DNA from: Phoronis australis
Taxonomy: Eukaryota; Animalia; Phoronida
Reading direction: 5' to 3'
Length of the DNA stretch: 64,000 nt
NCBI GenBank assembly: GCA_002633005.1
Contig: NMRA01000096.1
Location: forward strand, 434,001 to 498,000
The translations under genes were made by a program, and so were the position numbers. Below are positions 13,417-26,142 of this stretch, piece by piece. Under the pieces are notes generated by a model. It was not told the origin of the DNA, ran no database searches, and saw nothing but the letters and a program-made list of their open reading frames with translations. Every line of letters begins with the position of its first letter. The stretch's first letter is position 1.

Positions 13417-15586
13417 TTTTGGCATGGGTGTGCCTTGGCAATAGTCATATTATTTAATCCTAGCCCAAGGTAAAGTTCAGTAACACTAGCAGTAGTACGT
13501 TAGCAGGACTTTACCAGAGACCGTACGTCTTTGGCCTCATTAAAACCAAGACTACATGAGCTATTTCCGTGTATTTTAAATGAGAACACGTGATTTTGGC
13601 TAGATTTTCTAGCCTCGAGACAGCCACTGAACCAGAGTGACTGAACTCTACCCTGGTGCGCCACCCAACGCACAACAAAAGATGGGGTCGTACTGCTTTT
13701 TAGCACCAAGTTTCATTGACATAACCATAGAACATTAAACTGTAGAACTGTCTAGCGTTGTTTACCTAGAACTAGTTCTGTGGGACAACCTATACTGTAG
13801 GCCGTGGGCCGTATGCCAGGCATAGTATTCTAAGACCATGAGTCAGTGACCACTCACCTTTCCGCGTGGACTGGCCACTAGTGGCTGCAATTTTTTCTCG
13901 TTTTTTGATATCACAAATCATTGTATTTAGAAAAGAGTCATTGTGTTTCAACTTGTACATTTCCATGAAAAATTGCTTTTAAATTTGTCTCCCGACCTAC
14001 CACCACACGATAAAAACCTCCAGTCTGGAATTGTTTGTCACAAACATCTACTGATAAAAACCGCATCTACAATAACCGTTTCCTCTACCGCGGGCAAAAC
14101 ACGTAGACAGATTGACTTCAAATAGTTTCCGATCATAACCCTGTAAATGTTGTAAGTGATCCTGTTACGGCATTTCTGGCTCACATTTCTAACCTATTCG
14201 GAATACCTCCGTCAGAAAAGCTAGGCCCGAAAAAAAAGTCAGCGGCATGCCGGCCCCGCACAAAGTGAATCTCACATCTCTTACTTGTACATTGTCTTCG
14301 ATCGTCTCTTTAATCTCTTTTTTTTCTCCCACCCAAGTAGTAGGCGTTCACACGTCCCTTTTTCTATTACGTGGCTGTCTGGACTTCCTTTTTATTCTCT
14401 CTATGATGATTTCTGCCTGTGGCTCTCCACTGCACAAGTTTTTTTCTTACAGTCGGTGTAGTGTATTTTGTCTTATGGCGGTTTTGCATGCATTTTCAGA
14501 GTATATTTTTTTATACTTCGTCACTTTTTCATGTTTACTTTAACAATCATCTTTAATAAATAACGTTAATAAATCGTGCTTCGGGCCTCATTTTGCTAAG
14601 AACTGCTTTCACATCACCGTCCATATGCAAGTGTGAACGACATGAGTACAAACACTTCTACATAAGCCAAGTCCAGGTTTTTATACTGATCTCAAATAGT
14701 CTATGGAAAGCACATGTTTGAATAAGTTATAAATGTACATGTGCGTTCATGCGCTAATTACAAAATGTGCATGCTCAGTTTTGCCGTGTATTTTTTCTTT
14801 GAAGCTGATGGCATGTGGTGCTGCTAACTTTACACAAAATGCATGTTCTTAGGGTTATATTAAAGTATTTCAAACTGATTGTATCAGTACATTTAGTATT
14901 CAAGTTAGTTAACATCTTACAGAATTCTCCACATGAAGGTTGGTCAGATGTTCATGATCGGTGAACAGACTGTGCGTACGTTCTGAAAGCTTTTTCTCAT
15001 CGTGAGCTGTGATTTTACACATTGTCTTTTCTACTAGCTATTGGTTTTTCGTTTTTTCGACATCCTGAATAACTACTTGGGTTTTTGAATTCACCAGACA
15101 ATTGGTTTTATTTAGAAGAAACACAAGTTTACTCACTTGAGAATCTCCTATTGCTTCTATTGGAAATTGAGACCACTCCGAAAATCCTTATTGATACGCC
15201 ACTTTTTTCATCAACCCAACGTTCAATTCTTGTGTCAGCGTCAGCTATGGATACTTCTTCTTCGGTCCGTTGATTGTAATTCCACACGTCTGACCGCTTT
15301 GACCAGTCATTATTTGTGTCATCTGCAGACATTTCAATTTCAAGCGCAGAATTGTTACCTCGTGGCCTGCATGTGTTATTGGTGTTGTTACAAGAATATT
15401 AGTGACACCTGCCTTCAGCAGAAGGATTTGAAGGTGCTGTGCTTTTTGATCGCGGCATCTTTTTAAAATACTTAAGTAAATATCCGAAATCTGTTGATTG
15501 TCGACCGTATCATAGTACAATTTCAACGAAAAGCAAATCCTAACTTAAACACACTCTAGCTGTCCGGCGGTGCACCACCACCACCT

Positions 15587-15633
15587 AAAATGGCCGCCAT
15601 AGTGAGTCCTTGAGTACTCATGCATTATGGGTA
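15587..15633. promoter_or_regulatory. Putative promoter module: YY1-like (AAAATGGCCGCCAT) plus ZNF143/Staf-like (TGCATTATGGGTA) sites
   Basis: Both motifs within 50 bp in a locally GC-richer patch between LRPPRC and the NB-ARC-TPR gene; target transcript uncertain. Confidence 0.4.
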
Positions 15634-17451
15634 CTCACTCAACTGCAGCCAAACAGGACTGAAAGTTACGAAATGCTTATATTTCAGTGATACCTTTCGT
15701 GAGTGTAAAGGAAAGAGTATTTTCAACATTTCGGTTATATTGTGACCTGGAAGGACCTCATCAGTTTCGTTTCTGACTTAAAACCATTTCATTTTCATTT
15801 CATTTCTCGTTGAGCTGACGTTTCAAACTGTGGCCAGTACATGCACCCTGCTAACAACCCTGTGACAACAGTGTATTTTTTCCTGTAGAAGCGTCATGGT
15901 TACACTGCGTTGCTATTTCGACCATTGGCTAAATATAATATTGTTTCTGAATTCACCTGTCGTTTGGACGATTGAAATCGTCCCAATAGTCACAAGCAAT
16001 GTTACTTCGGCCACACGGTATGTTCTCTTGCCCGGCGTCTATCCATACTCGTGCAGATTGGTTCGACACAAGACCATTTTGTACACTGCCATGGTCGGAA
16101 AATTACCAGGCAAGAGATCGTTGACAACACAGAACTTCGGTATATGGAACAGGACATCTGCCGATGAAGATTTTGGTGATTACTTGTGAACAACTGTGTT
16201 CAACTTAGCAGCTCATGGGCTTGAGAACAAGACGCCTGCTTCGTTTCCGATGTGTTCAGTTATTTCGGAACTGTTATTGGCTTGCATCTGACTAAGCAGG
16301 TCATGAATCTACGTCAACTATTCCTGTAATAATGTATCGTTTAATTTCTTGCTGATGAAGAGACAAGAAAAGTGTCGAAATATAGCTGTAATTTTAATCA
16401 TTAAGTTTCTTATGTCTCATGGCCGTTTACGTTGTTATTGTGCTGTGAACGACTGTCAACGGTACAGAGAGCACGAGCGAATATAGTTGAAAATTATTAA
16501 TCGTGTTCAACACATTTTTAAATAAGGAAGTGAAAGCAGTCAGAAAACTGACCGTACACGAAGCTGACACGTCCTCATCTCGACGAGGCCACATACCCGA
16601 ATATTCTGTGCCGGGTATTTCTGTACACGTGTGTCTCCTCATAAGTGCTCGCATGGGTGCATCTTCAAACATTTTTCAAAGGAGTGCTCGTCACGGGCGC
16701 ATTTTTTACGTTTTTTTTTTTTGCTTTGCATACCTGACTTCATTCCATAATCCGAAAATTCGCCCCTAAAAAGGACAAAATACAAGGCGAAATTTGCAAA
16801 GATTTTTTTGTGGCCACGGTGGTCATTAAAGTGCCGCTAGAATTCGACAGTTAAGTACATGTTGTCATAGTGTGAAGAAGAGGTTCGCGTACTCTACGCT
16901 TTCTCGTGGGTATGACACGAGATAACCTTATGTCACATCAAATGACCTACAAAACACACAGCACTGTCCCTTTACTATGTTCATAAAACAGGTCATCCAT
17001 GAAAAACGAACTTTTAGACTGATACAAGCAGTTGCTTTAGAGTTTTTCACTATTGTTTCCGTATAAGCGCCAATTGGATACCTAAAAAGCGTACTGTCTG
17101 TATTTTTTGGCTTGTACTTCTTGTGATATTCCCAGATTTCCGTAAAACTACCCATCAAGACGCAGATACGGAAATTCCCAGTATCCGTGGGATCTCTTGT
17201 TCTCCGCTGATATGAAACGAACCCGAAATATAGTGACTAGATAACGTAATAAGCCGAGTGTGGTCCCAACTATGGTTGCCACCGTGGGATTACCGGAGCG
17301 TAGTTACACACATTTGACAAGAACAAGCTCCACACCCTAATCCGATCAACAGTTAGGATGATTAGATAGTTTTCACCAGTTTGAACACAAGTTCTGTAGA
17401 AACCTCAACATATTCACACGTAACTCAAATTTTTGGCAATGTAAGTACATT

Positions 17452-17885
17452 CCAGGCATGCGATATTACATAGACTCAAAAATTTCTCGCGTAAAGCCTT
17501 GAAGTGTGGTCACGTACTGCGCTTGATGACAATCTCGCGAAGACTTATATTTTTAAACGTAAGACTTCATGAGCTTTAAAAAAAGCAATTTTACTCGAGA
17601 CTTTGCAAGATCTCGACAAGTAAAGCACGTAAGCCCACTTGCTTCTTTCGTTAGATTCTTGCGTCCATTAGGAACTCAACCCAGGCGTGCGTTCCGTAGA
17701 CGCAAGAATCTTGCAAAGGAAAACGTGATTACGTGATTCTCTTGCATAATACACAAATGTATGTCTATGGCAATACATGGCGATGCGAGTTCTCACGTCT
17801 AAGGACAAAAGCCGTGTGATACGTAATTGGGAGAACCTTGCAAAAACGTTGAATCACGCAAGACTTCGCGAGATATCACCATATC
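17452..17885. repeat. Cluster of degenerate MITE-like repeats (TTCCRTAGACGCAAGAA / TTCTTGCGTC motifs), related copy at 26446-26580
   Basis: Shared motifs TTCCRTAGACGCA, CAAGA...GATATCACCA and ATTCTTGCGTC at both loci. Confidence 0.5.
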
Positions 17886-20759
17886 ACCACACGCGAAGCA
17901 CAGCGGCTACCTTCGTATTTATATGTCTATGGTAATACGTGCGGCGACACCAGCTCGTTACCAGAAATGAAAAGGAGACCGTAGCAAGCGAAATAAGGTA
18001 CTTTGTTATGACGAAATACAAGAACAAAGAATACGATAGAAAAATACAATGTGATAAGTAAAAAGTAATGATCTCTGGTAAGATAGGCAATAAAAAAGTG
18101 CCAAATAGAGGTACGAGAAAGTGCCGAAAGTGAGGGATGGTAGAGGGTGAGTAAAAATAGATAGATTTAAGGCACGTATGTATATGCGGTTGTCAAAAAG
18201 AAGTTAAACTGAAACATGGGGATTTGAGAACGAAGAAAATACCTAAGGACAAGAGACAATCATCAGCTTATAAGAACCAAGAGCTGACCAAACTCAAGGC
18301 AGGTGAGAACAGACCAATCAGAAGGCTGGTAAAAGGCGTTACGTAGTCCTGCACAATAACGGAATTAGTGGACTGGTTTGAAACGAAGAAAAAATGGGGG
18401 AGTCAAGACGGGTCCATATGTTTACACAAATGTGAAAGACATATGTCCCGAATAAACATACCTGATGCGCACGTCGCAAGCTCGTCACTGAGAGATGAAA
18501 AAGAGAGCAAGAGAGGCGAAATAGAGTAAGTTATGATGAAACATAAAATTGTAAGGAATACGATAGAAAATACCATATAATAAGTGTAAGATACTTCACG
18601 TTTGTTTGCTCTGGGTGGCTCATGGTCACGTGTATATTCATGACTGAATGGACTGAATGTAATTTGCATGTGACCTGACCCTCATTTGAGTATGAAGTGT
18701 TGTGCGCTGACTCGATTTACTCACATTGTGGCAGTGCATATTTGGCGTCAGAAAGGAGAGCCAGGGAGCGGCAGTATTGAGGTATTTTCCATGGTACTTT
18801 CGTATTTGGTATTTCCGAATTGGTATTTTGTCTGTATCTGTGAGGTTTGCTAAACATTTTGATTTTTATTTTTAGAACTGAAACAGAGAAGAACTGTGAG
18901 AATGTCAATGAGAAATGTTTCACGTTTCTCAATAAAGCACTCTTAAAAGATATTAACTCCTCTAGTGACTTGCCAACACTCACAATAAGTAAAATGTGCA
19001 ATAAAAAATCACCACAAGAGATCATGTAAGAGAGCTCATGCCTTGTTGACTACGTACATAAGTACCCAGCCTGGCTCTTCTTATTGACAAACACAGGGGT
19101 CGTTTATATTTTTTGCTTTTTGGTTATATGATGAAGCTGATAGAATGCAAAACCCCAGCAATATTCAGTTGCGCCAATTTTACACGTGGATGAGGGGCGA
19201 ATCCGTGTTTTTGCAGGAGGGCGGGTGCTTGATATAAACTTACGGAAAATTGAAATAATGCAGAATATCTTAATTGTGAAAATAAGAAATCGTGAAAATA
19301 ACAATGTACTATGAAAAACCAGCTCTTGCTTCACGACATAAGTGTATGTCTCATGTTGTTAATTGAACTTTCTTCAAAATAACATTAATGGGCTTGACCT
19401 CTCAAAAACGCCGGTACAGTTTTCTAAAATATCATTTCGTTTTCGTTTTGCGCAGCTGTTTTTTACGGAAATCATGAAGTCTTGATAGGCCTTCAAGTAA
19501 AAGTGAAACATTTTACAAATAATTCCTAACCGCGTTTTGGAGACCGATTCACAAATCATACAGTATCTGAAAGTTTCGTGTGAATCCGGTCAGTCGTTTC
19601 TGAGATTTGATGTTTCGAGGTTAGCCCAATTTGAACATTTATCTAGGGTTATACATAACCTTATCAACATTGGCATGTTCGCTATGGTCCAACTCTAACG
19701 TTTATTCTCTTGGGAGACTTTATGTACGTATTTGTCATTTGTCAGAAATAATCCTCAGCGTAAATGAGCTGACTGATAGATAACTTGTTGATAAGGCTAA
19801 AACAGCTATAATCATAAAATTATTAGAGATCTCAACGAGTCACACAGTCGAAAAAGTGTCACGAATGAGGACTTTATGTCCGTGTCGTTGAGCAGCACGT
19901 AGAACTGTGGTTGACAAACACGTACGCAAAGTACTCTAAGAAATATCGGTACTATTGTTTAACATAGATTAGCCAAATCTCAGACATTTCTGCAAAATGC
20001 ATTTTTCAGTTCTATTATTTAATCTTCAGGGCCTGTGCGTATGTGGCACTGTTTTGGCACCGTGTTGAGATGTCGATGGGTAGCAGCCCGTAAGCTGATT
20101 ACTTTCCATGTTTCAGTCGTGCCTGCATGATTTCCTTCATGAAAACCTTACTTATTGTTTCAGCAAGAATTAATTACTGGAAGATTCTTACCAGTTCAGC
20201 GAGACATCTACCCGTGAAGAACGTCGTTGGTTTCCAGACACACGCAAACCGGAGGACAGCATGCTTCGCCAAAATTCACAAAGTACGCATACTATTGAAG
20301 CCATGCGTGCTGCCATTTTTGAAAGCTAATGTATAGGTTCATGTTCTGATGCGAAACTCTGTGTTTGAGGTCTAATATGGCGAGTTTTAGCGTGACGTCA
20401 AGATGCACTAAATGGATGTGAACCTTGTTTACCTGATTGTACTTATGTGCAAATATCTTAAATTCTGTTGGCTCTTACCACTACAATGTATATATTTTCT
20501 GAAAGGTGCATAAATTTCCTAACAAAATTCATTATTCTTATTTACATGTCGTTATTTTTTTCACGAGATATGTGTTTTTCAGTGACAAATTTTTGAATTT
20601 GAACAGAGACTTTGAAAATATTGTTCCTCCAATCACATTTGTCTTTTGTCAACATGTTGATTACTGCATTTTTGAGGGAACCGTGTGTCAGATTTTTGAA
20701 TTTTTTTTTAATTATCGACTTTTTAGAGCTTGTGACGAACCTTTTGATCGTCGGGACTC

Positions 20760-22943
20760 ATGTGGAATACAAATGTGGAATATTTACTTGCAGTTGACCG
20801 GATATCCCGTCTTGCACCGCGGAACAAAAGATTTACGGGAAGGCAAGAAAAGATGAAAGAATTGGAAGATCTGCTCCAACCAGACCAAAACAGTGGACGT
20901 TTTGCTCACGGGAGACAAATTATCACTGTCTACGGTATTCCGGGGGTGGGGAAGTCTGAGTTTGTGTTAGAGTATGCACATCGTCACCATGATGAGTATC
21001 AACTAATGTACTGGATCAGATGCGCCAATAACAACTCCAAAATTTATTTTGAGCGATTTGCAAATGACCTGAACTTTAACGTGAAAAGCACTTCAGAAAT
21101 GGTCGTCGTAGAAAGGGTTTATGACTACATTAAAAATCTCGACTCTTATTTGTTGGTATTTGACTGTGATACTTGCGATGTAACCAAATACTTGCCAAGA
21201 GAAGACCAACTTAAACCGATGCAGCATGTTATTATCACTGCTCATTCATCAAAGGGATGTCAAAATCCTTTTGAGCTTGACGTGTTTTCAGACAGCGATG
21301 CTTACAATTATGTGTCGGCTCTTCTCCACGCAGCAGTGCACCACGACGCCGACAATAAAGATGACATCATGCAGCTGTGCCATCTGTTGGGAAAACTGCC
21401 ATTAGCACTTTCTCAAGCAGTGGCATATATCAAGGAGTGCAAATGCGACATTAAGAGCTACATAAAAATCTTCAACAATCTTGCCACCGCCTTATTGAAA
21501 CAGAAAATTACCTTCGATAATAATTGTAAACATTCTGTGTTTACAAATTTGCTTACCGCCGTTGAGAAGGTTGTTGGAAAAAATCCTCTGTTCCAACCAA
21601 CTTATGGACCAGGCGAGAGCGCCACAACTCTGCTTAAGTGTTTCTCAGTATTAGATTCAGAAAATATCCCGCTTTGGTTATTTGGAGAGTCTTGTTTCTT
21701 CTCCGAACAAGATACCCTAAAAATTTATGACGCTGTAAGAACGCTCAGAAGTTATGCCCTTATAACACCATGTCAAAAACCAGAACATTACCGAATTCAC
21801 CGACTGCTTCAACATGTGATAAGAGAATACAAAGAACAAGATCTGAACGATTCTCTTCCGTCGCACTTTGCGGAGAAAATGCTAAACTGTTTAACAAAAG
21901 CCATGGTTAAGGTTCTCCCTGAAGGCTACAAAGATCACTGTGGATGGAAAAACGTTGATGCAGACCGGCTGGAAAAGCTAAGCACGCTTTCTCCTCATGT
22001 TTGCTCTTTGCTTATGCACATTGATAAAGCTTTAGCTACGTACAAATCGCACGCAGAAAAAGAAGAACACAGCTATGTAGAGGCGCTAAAAGAACTAAAA
22101 AAGTGCAAACCAGGGTTACTCGAAGTAGCCGGTTATTGCGCCTACTATAAACGAGATTTTTCTGATGGCGTAAAGTTCTTCCGTAACCTGGTTGAAATTG
22201 AAGAAGATGCCGACCGTAAGGCACCCGCCTTACATATCTTAGGGTCGTGCCTTCGGCGAATTCCTAACTGTCATAAAGAAGCAGTCGAGTGCTTTGATGG
22301 AGCCTTAGAGCTTCTAAATGATTCTTCACCTCGACAAACAATCACAGTCATTGTTGAAAAGGCCAAGAGTTATTTTTTTGTAGGCGAATACAGTATCGCA
22401 GAAAAATTGTTAAAAGATGCCCTGGATTTGCAAAATAGTTGTCTGCCTGATGATAAAGAACTGTTGTGTTACATTCTACCAGAGCTGGGCAACGTCGCGT
22501 ACATTAAAGGACAATACCAGGTAGCCAAGAAGCACTTCCTAACGTGTTTAGACATCAGAAGCCAGCAGTTGACGAAGAGTAATGAAGAACATATTCTCAT
22601 TATTCTCTGTCGGTTTGGTGTTGCTAAAACGATGATGAGTTTAGGGGAGTACAAAGATTGTGAAATGCTATTTCTGTATTGTTTAGATGCAGCCCGAAAC
22701 TATCTAGGTGAGAACCATGCGTATATCGGTAAAGTGTACGGCGCCATTGGGAAATGTCTTATACTTCAAGAGAAGTATGAACAGGCTTCTGAGCACCTGG
22801 AGAACGCTTTAATTAACTTTTCGAGAAACTATGGTGAGGATTCGGAGATTTGCTGTGTCATTCACGAGTGGTTGTTGCATGCTAACGATCACAGCAAACA
22901 TCCGTTTGAAGATAATCAGAAGTTACTTTTGCTAGGTTTCTGA
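20760..22943 (+). CDS. NB-ARC (STAND P-loop NTPase) + TPR repeat protein, NLR-like
   Basis: Uninterrupted 727-codon ORF: PRNKRFTGR pre-P-loop, Walker A GIPGVGKS (20934-20957), Walker B LLVFD, HVIITA, GxP motif LGKLPLALSQAVAYI, winged-helix LRSYALI...IHRLLQ, then TPR-like helices (ALHILGSCLR; LGNVAYIKGQYQVA; LGENHAYIGKVYGAIG...EKYEQASEHLENAL). An acceptor at 20793 and an in-phase donor at 20282 suggest the real start may be ATG 20261 (MLRQNSQ|IDRISRL). Confidence 0.9.
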   Translation: MWNTNVEYLLAVDRISRLAPRNKRFTGRQEKMKELEDLLQPDQNSGRFAHGRQIITVYGIPGVGKSEFVLEYAHRHHDEYQLMYWIRCANNNSKIYFERFANDLNFNVKSTSEMVVVERVYDYIKNLDSYLLVFDCDTCDVTKYLPREDQLKPMQHVIITAHSSKGCQNPFELDVFSDSDAYNYVSALLHAAVHHDADNKDDIMQLCHLLGKLPLALSQAVAYIKECKCDIKSYIKIFNNLATALLKQKITFDNNCKHSVFTNLLTAVEKVVGKNPLFQPTYGPGESATTLLKCFSVLDSENIPLWLFGESCFFSEQDTLKIYDAVRTLRSYALITPCQKPEHYRIHRLLQHVIREYKEQDLNDSLPSHFAEKMLNCLTKAMVKVLPEGYKDHCGWKNVDADRLEKLSTLSPHVCSLLMHIDKALATYKSHAEKEEHSYVEALKELKKCKPGLLEVAGYCAYYKRDFSDGVKFFRNLVEIEEDADRKAPALHILGSCLRRIPNCHKEAVECFDGALELLNDSSPRQTITVIVEKAKSYFFVGEYSIAEKLLKDALDLQNSCLPDDKELLCYILPELGNVAYIKGQYQVAKKHFLTCLDIRSQQLTKSNEEHILIILCRFGVAKTMMSLGEYKDCEMLFLYCLDAARNYLGENHAYIGKVYGAIGKCLILQEKYEQASEHLENALINFSRNYGEDSEICCVIHEWLLHANDHSKHPFEDNQKLLLLGF

Positions 22944-24702
22944 CGTAGGTAGTCAAGCTCCTCTCTTGTAGCTGATGCCATGCTGTGAAAACTAAATGAA
23001 GCGGTTACTGCAAGTTCATTGGTTAGACGGCAAGTTCCATCTACATGTATGTTGGTTTCTTATGCTTGTCAACTCTTTAGTTTATTCCTTTTAGGTTTTA
23101 TTCCTTCCACCTCTGTGCAATACACTTAACACCAAGAATGCCACCGTGTCGTCGATGTTCTAATTCTTCCCCCGAAATCGTCATAGTGACTCCTTATCTT
23201 TTCAAACTGCAAATTAAAACCCCTCTTGCAGAGAATTTTCTTGCGGGACTGAAATTTTGCTGACAGAATAATCATTATTCTTGAAGTGTTTTCGAGATTT
23301 ATCTATTCTTTATGTAAGATCTTGATGAGCTCAACTAAATCTTAGTAAAACTAGTGTCAAATTATCCCTATGTCCAATTGTGATGTGTGCTTTCCCTAAA
23401 AACTAATATAACTACAAACAGAACCTTTTTTGCTTCGTATACTGGACAGCCGTTGCATCATGGTATTATACAATAAGCGACCGGAGTGTGATACATTCGT
23501 TGCTGTTCGGCTGGTGGTTTTGATTTCAAAAGTTGGCTCCACACCCGTCATGGCAAATATTAACGTTACACGAACTTTGCCTAAGTGTTAATCAATAAGC
23601 GCACTTTGTACTGTATAATTAGCACGAATAATTCATTTTTGGTCAAATGCACTTTTGAATGAAGTAAATGCTGGGTGTACAGTCAATTTTCACTGCATTC
23701 TCGTGTTTCAGGGAACATTTATCAGTACTATATTAAATACCGGTGTATTGTATTACACTACCTTACGTTAACTTATATTATATTACGTTATGTTGTATTA
23801 CAATATATTATAGTAAATTATATTTCCAACGCCATGGTAACAGGAACAAGTGTTTGATAAGTTATTCTTAAAAAGGCGTTATTAGTTTTACGGCCGAGAA
23901 CCCCGTTTTTGGGATAATTTTTGAATGAGATAAACGAATTCTTGATGTTATTACCTTTCACCAGAGCTACCAAACAACAAAATTCGTTCGTGTTTTGTGA
24001 TTTCATTGGAAATTGCCAATTCTGGCCATTATCTGCCAGCTATTAATCGCCGACATCAAGGCCTTGACGTAAGCGTTTAAATACGCTTAAAACACTCTAC
24101 CGGTTATCGGATTGAGTTTAATTCCGTCAGCAGAGTGTTAGACTGCTACCACGGAAGTTGTAAATTCGATTTCGCGCGCTTAGGCTGATCCCAGGAAATT
24201 CTCTTTTCTCACCGACACCGTTCCTATAATGTCTGATAATGCTGTTATTAATGCGCTGATAATACAGTGGCAACGTAAGATCACTTTTGTTCATTTGTAT
24301 TCAATAATAGACACAATTGTCAAATATAACATTGTCTTATCGGTGGATAATAAATGTCGCTGTCAAATTGACTAAATGATAACATACAGTGAACAAACTT
24401 TTTATTATGAATTCTTTGCTGGCCATTATTTCTGTGAATTGTAACAGCAATTACAGAAAACTAGAAGATAAATGTACGTGATGAGTATGTGATCTGATAC
24501 ATTTCATGTTTTGCGAAAATAAAGTTGTACGTTAAGTCCCTACTTGTTTTGTTTCCAAGTTTTTTTTCTTAGCGTCATAACATTACGCACGGTACACACC
24601 ACTGTACCGAAATGAACACATCGAGCCCTGCGATTGTTGGTCTATGTTCAGCGGTTATTGAATGAAAGCTCGTACGAACACGTGCCCTACAACAGGACGG
24701 CT

Positions 24703-26142
24703 ACTACTTCTGCTTACAGTTTGGAAACCCATTTCATGTTCAGGTAAAATTTGTTCGGTTTCTACGCGGCTAATTTTAGAAATTATTCATAAAGCCCTTG
24801 CCTGTGTTACTCATCTCTGTAACAATCCGCGTTACCCTTCTTCCCAAACAGGTGATAAAAAGGTCACAGATTCACTTTAGAGTCACGTGTGACACAATGC
24901 AGTAATGGTTCAGCAGCCGTGAATAAATTAAATTTGTCCATCTCTTCACGGTTTTTGCAACAGGGATTTTTCGAACAAAAGTGTTTTTTTTTTCGAAAAC
25001 CTGTATTGTTGACCGCAGCACCTTTATCAGCCATGGCATCAAGGAATGTTGTAATAGGAATGTTTCACTACGTCGGAAGTTTGGTTACCACAAAGGAATT
25101 GTGGCGACATCTATCGGTTTGAAAGATATCAATGATATTAAAATGGAAGGAATAATGACATCTTGCTCATGATTTACAAATAAACATGCACGTGACAGAC
25201 GTGCAGAACGATTGCGAACTTGCACTGTCCGAAACAGTCCAAATTGTCGCAGTTCAAAAGTTGTGACAATTTTACATTTGTGAACATAATTTCACAACGA
25301 GCTCAACGTGCGGGCTCAATTCTTGATCTAGGTCTTTTGGAAGCTCCCGGAATCTGAATATTAAATATGTTTTCACGAAAACAATAAAACGGCGTTAATT
25401 GTCCTCCAGAGTAACANACTACTTCTGCTTACAGTTTGGAAACTCATTTCATGTTCAGGTAAAATTTGTTCGGTTTCTACGCGGCTAATTTTAGAAATTA
25501 TTCATAAAGCCCTTGCCTTTGTGTTACTCATCTCTGTAACAATCCGCGTTACCCTTCTTCCCAAACAGGTGATAAAAAGGTCACGGATGCACTTTAGAGT
25601 CCCGTGTGACACAATGCAGTAATGGTTCAGCACTGAGCCGTGAATAAATTAAATTTGTCCATCTCTTCACGGTTTTTGCATTCAACAGGGATTTTTCGAA
25701 CAAAAATGGTATTTTTTTTTCGAAAACCTGTATTGTTGACCGCAGCACCTTTATCAACCATGGCATCAAGGAATGTTGTAATAGGGATGTTTCACTACGT
25801 CGGAAGGTTGGTTACCACAAAGGAATTGTGGCGACTTCTATCGGTTTGAAAGATATCAATGATACTAAAATGGAAGGAATAATGACATCTTGCTCATGAT
25901 TTACAAATAAACATGCACGTGACAGACGTGCAGAACGATTGCGAATTTCACTGTCCGAAACAGTCCAAATCGTCGCAGTTCAAAAGTTGTGACAATTTTA
26001 CATTTGTGAACATAATTTCACAACGAGCTCAACGTGCGGGCTCAATTCTTGATCTAGGTCTTTTGGAAGCTCCCGGAATGTGAATATTAAATATGTTTTC
26101 ACGAAAACAATAAAACGGCGTTAATTGTCCTCCAGAGTAACA
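24703..26142 (+). repeat. Near-identical ~720-bp tandem duplication joined at a single N
   Basis: 24703-25416 matches 25418-26142 apart from a few SNPs and indels, with an N at 25417. Probably a haplotype or assembly duplication. Confidence 0.85.

Noticed and set aside
15896-16189. 97-aa ORF after an acceptor-like sequence
   Set aside because: No recognisable motif and no in-phase link to neighbouring genes.
17963-18615. Two diverged ~120-bp copies (GAATACGATAGAAAA core)
   Set aside because: Old local duplication without coding or structural signal.
24128-24175. Possible tRNA-derived SINE head
   Set aside because: A/B boxes too degenerate and no cloverleaf.
24703-26142. 720-bp tandem duplication as a biological repeat
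   Set aside because: Junction is a single N and differences are at allele level; most likely an assembly artefact.
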